A stretch of DNA of 64,000 bases, taken from the NCBI GenBank assembly GCA_009914755.4, contig CP068257.2, forward strand, positions 30,560,001 through 30,624,000, in the 5' to 3' direction. Positions within the stretch are counted from its first letter, which is position 1, and each line of letters starts with the position of its first letter. Source of the DNA: the human T2T-CHM13v2.0 reference genome, Homo sapiens. Positions 59,595 through 64,000 of the stretch are shown one piece after another. The position numbers were made by a program, and so were the translations under genes. The notes beneath the pieces were generated by a model. The model had not been told where the DNA came from, did not search any database, and saw nothing but the letters and a program-made list of their open reading frames with translations.

Positions 59595-60519
59595 GGGTGT
59601 TTTCATGGAAGCCTCTCAACCACTCTGTGAGGGAGGAATTCTTGGCACTCCCATTTCACAGAGGAGAAAACCGAGGCTTAGGACACAGCTGCCTCCTGAG
59701 AGAAAGGAGCAGCCAGAAACAGAAGTGCTATCTCCTAAGCTGGGACTCGACTTTCCTTCCCGTGGCACTATGCCCAGCCCACGAGCCAGCCAGCAGTGTG
59801 GGTGTCACCAGCCCCCAACATCTGAACCTAGTTCAACCCTGATTCTTGCCCCTTTTTTTTTCCAAATTGGAAATCTTGATATTAGATTTTTCCTAATTAT
59901 AAAAGACGCACTTCTAAAAGAGATTTTAAATAATACAGAAATTCTATACTAACCAACTCTCCCTGTCCCAATTAAAAAATAAAACCCTAAAGATAATCAG
60001 TTATCTTTATAGATATGTAGATGTAATCAGCAATTTCCATTTTCCCTTTTGAGCAGCTGGGATCCCAGCAAGGTCACCCTCACACTCATGATCAGATTGC
60101 CAGGACTCTGAGCCCCAATCCACGTGACTATGGGACCTCACATCCCTCTCCCATCCCCAGGTTGTTTCTCAGTTCCCAAAGGGCTTGAATACTGGCTGTC
60201 CCCTACAGCTTATGGGGCAGCTGCCTCCACTTTCTTCTCCAGCTCTGACTCCCTAGGCTGTCCTGAGGAACTCTCAGACCTTCCAGAAGGAGCCTTGCTT
60301 CTCATAGGTGGATTGGACAGATGTGTGTAAAATCTCATTTCTGTGTAGCCATCTAGACGCCCTTGGCCAGGCCACTCTGGCAAAACCCTTGGACAGCACC
60401 CATCCCTCCTCTCACCTATTTCCCAGCATGAGAAAGCCCAATAGAATCATGAGCCCTGGATGTGGCAGAGGGGAAGGAGGGCTTTTAAACAGATTTCTTG
60501 AAGGCTGTCTCTTAACAGG

Positions 60520-60895
60520 TGATATGGTTTGGCTGTGCCCCCACCCAAACCTCACTTGAATTGTAGTTCCCATAATCCCTACATGTGGCGGAAGGGATCC
60601 AGTGGGAGGCAATTGAATCATGGGGATGGTTACCTCCATGCTATTCTCATAATAGAGTGAGTTCTCATGAGATCTGATGGTTTTATAATGGGCTTCCCCT
60701 TTTGCTTGGCTCTCATTCTTCTCCTTCCTGCCACCATGTGAAGAAGGACCTGTTTGCTTCCCCTTCTGCCATGATTCTAAGTTTCCTGAGGCCTCCCCAG
60801 CCCTGAAGAACTACGAGTCAATTAAACCTTTTTCCTCTATAATTTACCCAGTCTTGGGCAGTTCTTTATAGCAGCATGTGAACAGACTAATACAA
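60520..60895 (+). mobile_element. ERVL-MaLR solo LTR (THE1/MST-type)
   Basis: tgatatggtttggctgtgcccccacccaaacctcacttgaattgtagttcccataatccctacatgtggcggaagggatccagtgggaggcaattgaatcatggggatggttacc...ctgccatgattctaagtttcctgaggcctccccagccctgaagaactacgagtcaattaaacctttttcctctataatttacccagtcttgggcagttctttatagcagcatgtgaacagactaatacaa. Confidence 0.87.
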
Positions 60896-61008
60896 CAGGT
60901 AACACAAAAATCTCAGTGATTCTTTCTCTCACCTGCATGAAAGCAGCCTTGAGAAAACAGTATTTTGGGAGGATTTTTGTGGCTCTTAAATGTACCAATT
61001 CAATACCC

Positions 61009-61112
61009 AGTCTCTCTCTCTCTCTTTCCTTTTCTCTCTCTCCTTCCCTCTCCCACCTCCCAGCTCTCTATCTCTGATTATCTCTTCCTTTCTCCCACAC
61101 TCTCCCTCTTCA
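61009..61112. repeat. CT-rich polypyrimidine low-complexity tract
   Basis: tctctctctctctctttccttttctctctctccttccctctcccacctcccagctctctatctctgattatctcttcctttctcccacactctccctcttc. Confidence 0.85.
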
Positions 61113-61659
61113 GGTTGGCTAACCCCAAATCCTTAAATCGCTAACCACTCCTTCTCTTAAGAAACTATCATGTATCCCTCCCCCACCACCCAAGCACCCC
61201 ATGCCAGCGTCTAGGAAGCTCAGATAGGGGTGTGACCTTTAACCCTGTCAGCCCCCAAAGAGAACTTGTGCATATCTCTTCTTGAACTTGTCATTTAAGA
61301 GAATGAACCCAAATAAAATATGTCCCTCCCTCTATGATTTGTCAACAATGAAAAGATGAATCACCAAACAAAAATACAAACTTCATATTTGAAGGCAACC
61401 AAAAAGTTAGATATTTACTCCAAACTAATGTCTTTTGCCAGGCTCTAATTACCGAAGGTGGGAGACTGTCTAAGAGCACAGGGTAATGTCTCTCAGAAAC
61501 ATTTATGCACTTGTGTTTATGGTCCATAATATAATTCTGTCTCTCATATTGATCAGATGCTACAGTCCTCTCTTTGGACTGTAGTAGCAACTAAAAGTCC
61601 ATCTTACAAGCAGCACTCCTCTTCTTCCAGATTTTCATCAGTATAGTTTTAGAAAATTT

Positions 61660-61868
61660 CCAGCCTAGGCAACATAGCAAGACCCTGTCTCTACAAAAAG
61701 AAAATGAAAAATTATCTGGGCATAGTGGCATGTGCCTGTAGTCCCAGCTACTCAGAAGGGTGAGGCCAAAGGATCACTTGAGCCCACAAGTTTGACACTG
61801 CAGTGAACTAAGATTACACCACTGCACTCCAGTCTGGGCAACAAAGTGAGATCCTGTCTCAAAAAAAG
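61660..61868 (+). mobile_element. 5'-truncated Alu SINE (begins in the A-rich linker); its A-tail has expanded into the downstream purine tract
   Basis: ccagcctaggcaacatagcaagaccctgtctctacaaaaagaaaatgaaaaattatctgggcatagtggcatgtgcctgtagtcccagctactcagaagggtgaggccaaaggatcacttgagcccacaagtttgacactgcagtgaactaagattacaccactgcactccagtctgggcaacaaagtgagatcctgtctcaaaaaaagg. Confidence 0.88.
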
Positions 61869-62130
61869 GAAGAGGAGGAGAAGAAGAAGAAGAAGAAGAA
61901 GGAGGAGGAGGAGGAGGAGGAGGAGGAGGAGGAAGAGAGAAGAGGAGGAGGAAAAGAAAGAGTAAGGAAAGAAGGAAGGAAGGAAAGAATGAATGAAGGC
62001 AGGCAGGCAGGCAGGGAGGGAGGGGAGAGGAAGAGAGAAGAAAGAAGGAGAAGAAAAGAAGAAGAAGAAGGAAGAGGAGGAGGAGGAAGGGGAGAGGAGG
62101 AGGAAAAAGAAGAAGACATGTATGTATTAG
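61869..62130. repeat. About 260-bp polypurine (GAA/GGA/GGAA)n tract (polypyrimidine on the other strand), with embedded (GGA)11 and (GGCA)n runs
   Basis: aagaggaggagaagaagaagaagaagaaggaggaggaggaggaggaggaggaggaggaagagagaagaggaggaggaaaagaaagagtaaggaaagaaggaaggaaggaaagaatgaatgaaggcaggcaggcaggcagggagggaggggagaggaagagagaagaaagaaggagaagaaaagaagaagaagaaggaagaggaggaggaggaaggggagaggaggaggaaaaagaagaaga. Confidence 0.95.
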
Positions 62131-62650
62131 TACATTTACTTGATCAGCATTGGATAACTGCAAGGGAGATATCTACAGCAAAGCAAAAATATATTTTTTA
62201 ATGTAGCATTTATTCATCTCTGCTTCTGAAGAATGAGTGTACTCTCATCCCCTAGGCTCCAGCATACCCGCTGTCAGAAGTATCCCTTCCTTTCTCCCTC
62301 ACTTAACTAAGTTGACCCCCTACCACACTGAGTTCAAGTTTGGGGGCCTGACCAGGAAAGAAATATATGTCAGCTTTACAATGTGCCTTTCAGAAAACTC
62401 AAGTGTTGTCTTTATAAATTTAGATGTATCTGTTTTTTTCTAACCCAAGATTTCTTCCTTCATGGGTGAGAATACAAACGATTTTGTTTAGGGATCCCAG
62501 AGAATGACTGTGAAATTTCTGCATCGTTGGCAGACAGGTGGTGCAGAGATCTCCCACTTCGGGGTCTGATGCTACTCACTCGTCCATTTGGTGAGTGCAC
62601 AGTGAGCATCTACTCTATGCCCAGATCCCTCCTAGGCTTAGAGAACTAAG

Positions 62651-62775
62651 GAAGGAGCTGCCCTTGGGACCTCTCCAGCTAGGAAAGGATGGAGGGATGG
62701 GATGTGCTTTAGGGGAGCTGTGCTCGGGACTTCTCCACCTGGGCGAGGACGGAAGGGTGGGATGCGCTTTAGGGG
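62651..62775. repeat. Two tandem copies of a roughly 62-bp unit (about 80% identical)
   Basis: Unit 1 aaggagctgcccttgggacctctccagctaggaaaggatggagggatgggatgtgctttagg; unit 2 ggagctgtgctcgggacttctccacctgggcgaggacggaagggtgggatgcgctttagggg. Confidence 0.8.
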
Positions 62776-63607
62776 GCCACTCCATAGAACACCATGCAGA
62801 TGGTGCCCCCCCGCACGACCCCCAGCATCAGAGTTGTGCACTGATGGCCTGCAGATGAGCAGGGGAGGGAAGGAAGGCTCTATGCCGCTTTGCGTGTGGT
62901 CAGAGGCATTTCTCCCAATGCTTCTGCATCCTATTGGTGAGTGACAGGTACACAGCGGGCATGCGCAGTTTCCAGCTGAGGATTGTCCCTTTGGAGCTCA
63001 TTTGGCCTGCAAGCTTTCCATTCATGTTACCTAATCGCCCTCCCCCCACCCCCCATTAGGCCTGCTCCCAAGGGTGGCTGAAATTCCCAGAATTCATTAT
63101 TAACATATTTTTGTTCTGACTCCACTTTCAACAGCCATTTTTATCTCTGACAGCAAGCTGGCCTCTGTCTCTGGGGCTGGACAGCATCATGCCCAGATCA
63201 CTCCATTTTCAGAGCAGGCTTTAGCAGACTCCTGGCTGATGGGAGCCCCAGGGAGGGGAGCGGGAGAGTGAGCGACCTGCCCCCACTGCAATCACACAGC
63301 AAGGGTTACTTCCCCCTCCACCAAGTGGGACCCTTTGCAAAGCCTTTGCTCCCTCTGCCTTTGGGTTGTCATAATTCAGAAGGCAGGCTGCTATCTGATT
63401 AGCCCAAAACGCTCCTAGAAGCTTCTCCCCAAAAGCACCCATTCAAGCACCACAGCTTCCAAATTACTCAACATTCAATTGGTTCATAAAAATTTGTATT
63501 CCTGGAGAAAGTCAAAAAATTGGAAATAGTTTTAGTTGATTTAATAGAGTTTTTTTTAAACAGCATTTTGAAAAAAAAATCATAAATCCCTATAGAAGTA
63601 AATTGCT

Positions 63608-64000
<393 letters not shown>

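Noticed and set aside
61774-62201. ORFs 61774-62163(-), 61859-62119(-) and 61989-62201(+) encoding poly-Leu, poly-Ser and poly-Glu/Arg peptides
   Set aside because: They are translations of the GA-rich polypurine tract and its complement. They are low-complexity, have no start context and flank an Alu tail.

Overview
This window is human (primate) nuclear genomic DNA, not a prokaryotic locus. It is a gene-poor, AT-leaning, repeat-dense stretch, and roughly half of it is recognisable interspersed repeat. By eye I can identify:
- about 30 Alu SINEs (AluJ/S/Y-like, both strands), many with unambiguous target-site duplications (TSDs) and A-rich tails;
- a near-full-length but dead L1PA-type LINE (about 28.85-35.98 kb, + strand) that carries two later Alu insertions;
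- an older L1 (L1M/L1PB-like) that the L1PA inserted into, with fragments from about 26.5 kb to 42.6 kb, plus further old L1 3'-end fragments at about 3.9-4.75 kb (+) and 12.1-13.2 kb;
- at least ten ERVL-MaLR solo LTRs (THE1 / MST / MLT1-like);
- two MIR fragments and one MADE1 (Hsmar1-derived MITE);
- several micro- and minisatellites: (GATA)n, a compound (TATC/TAGA/TATA)n, a roughly 260-bp GA/GGA purine tract, and a 62-bp tandem duplication.

I found no CRISPR array, operon, tRNA or rRNA gene, or convincing host protein-coding exon. Nearly every ORF in the supplied track is a read-through of Alu, L1 or low-complexity sequence. The only long ORF (706 aa, 33629-35749) is the reverse-transcriptase and C-terminal part of the L1PA ORF2. 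The window therefore contains no novel defence system or similar prokaryotic-style system. The points worth a second look are structural: a three-level nested retrotransposon insertion, a post-Alu local duplication, candidate young polymorphic AluY insertions, repeat-expansion tracts, and colinear L1 pieces flanking a MIR-containing segment.

All family assignments are from consensus sequences remembered by eye. Subfamily names and exact boundaries are approximate (about +/-10 bp). RepeatMasker or Dfam would be the decisive check.
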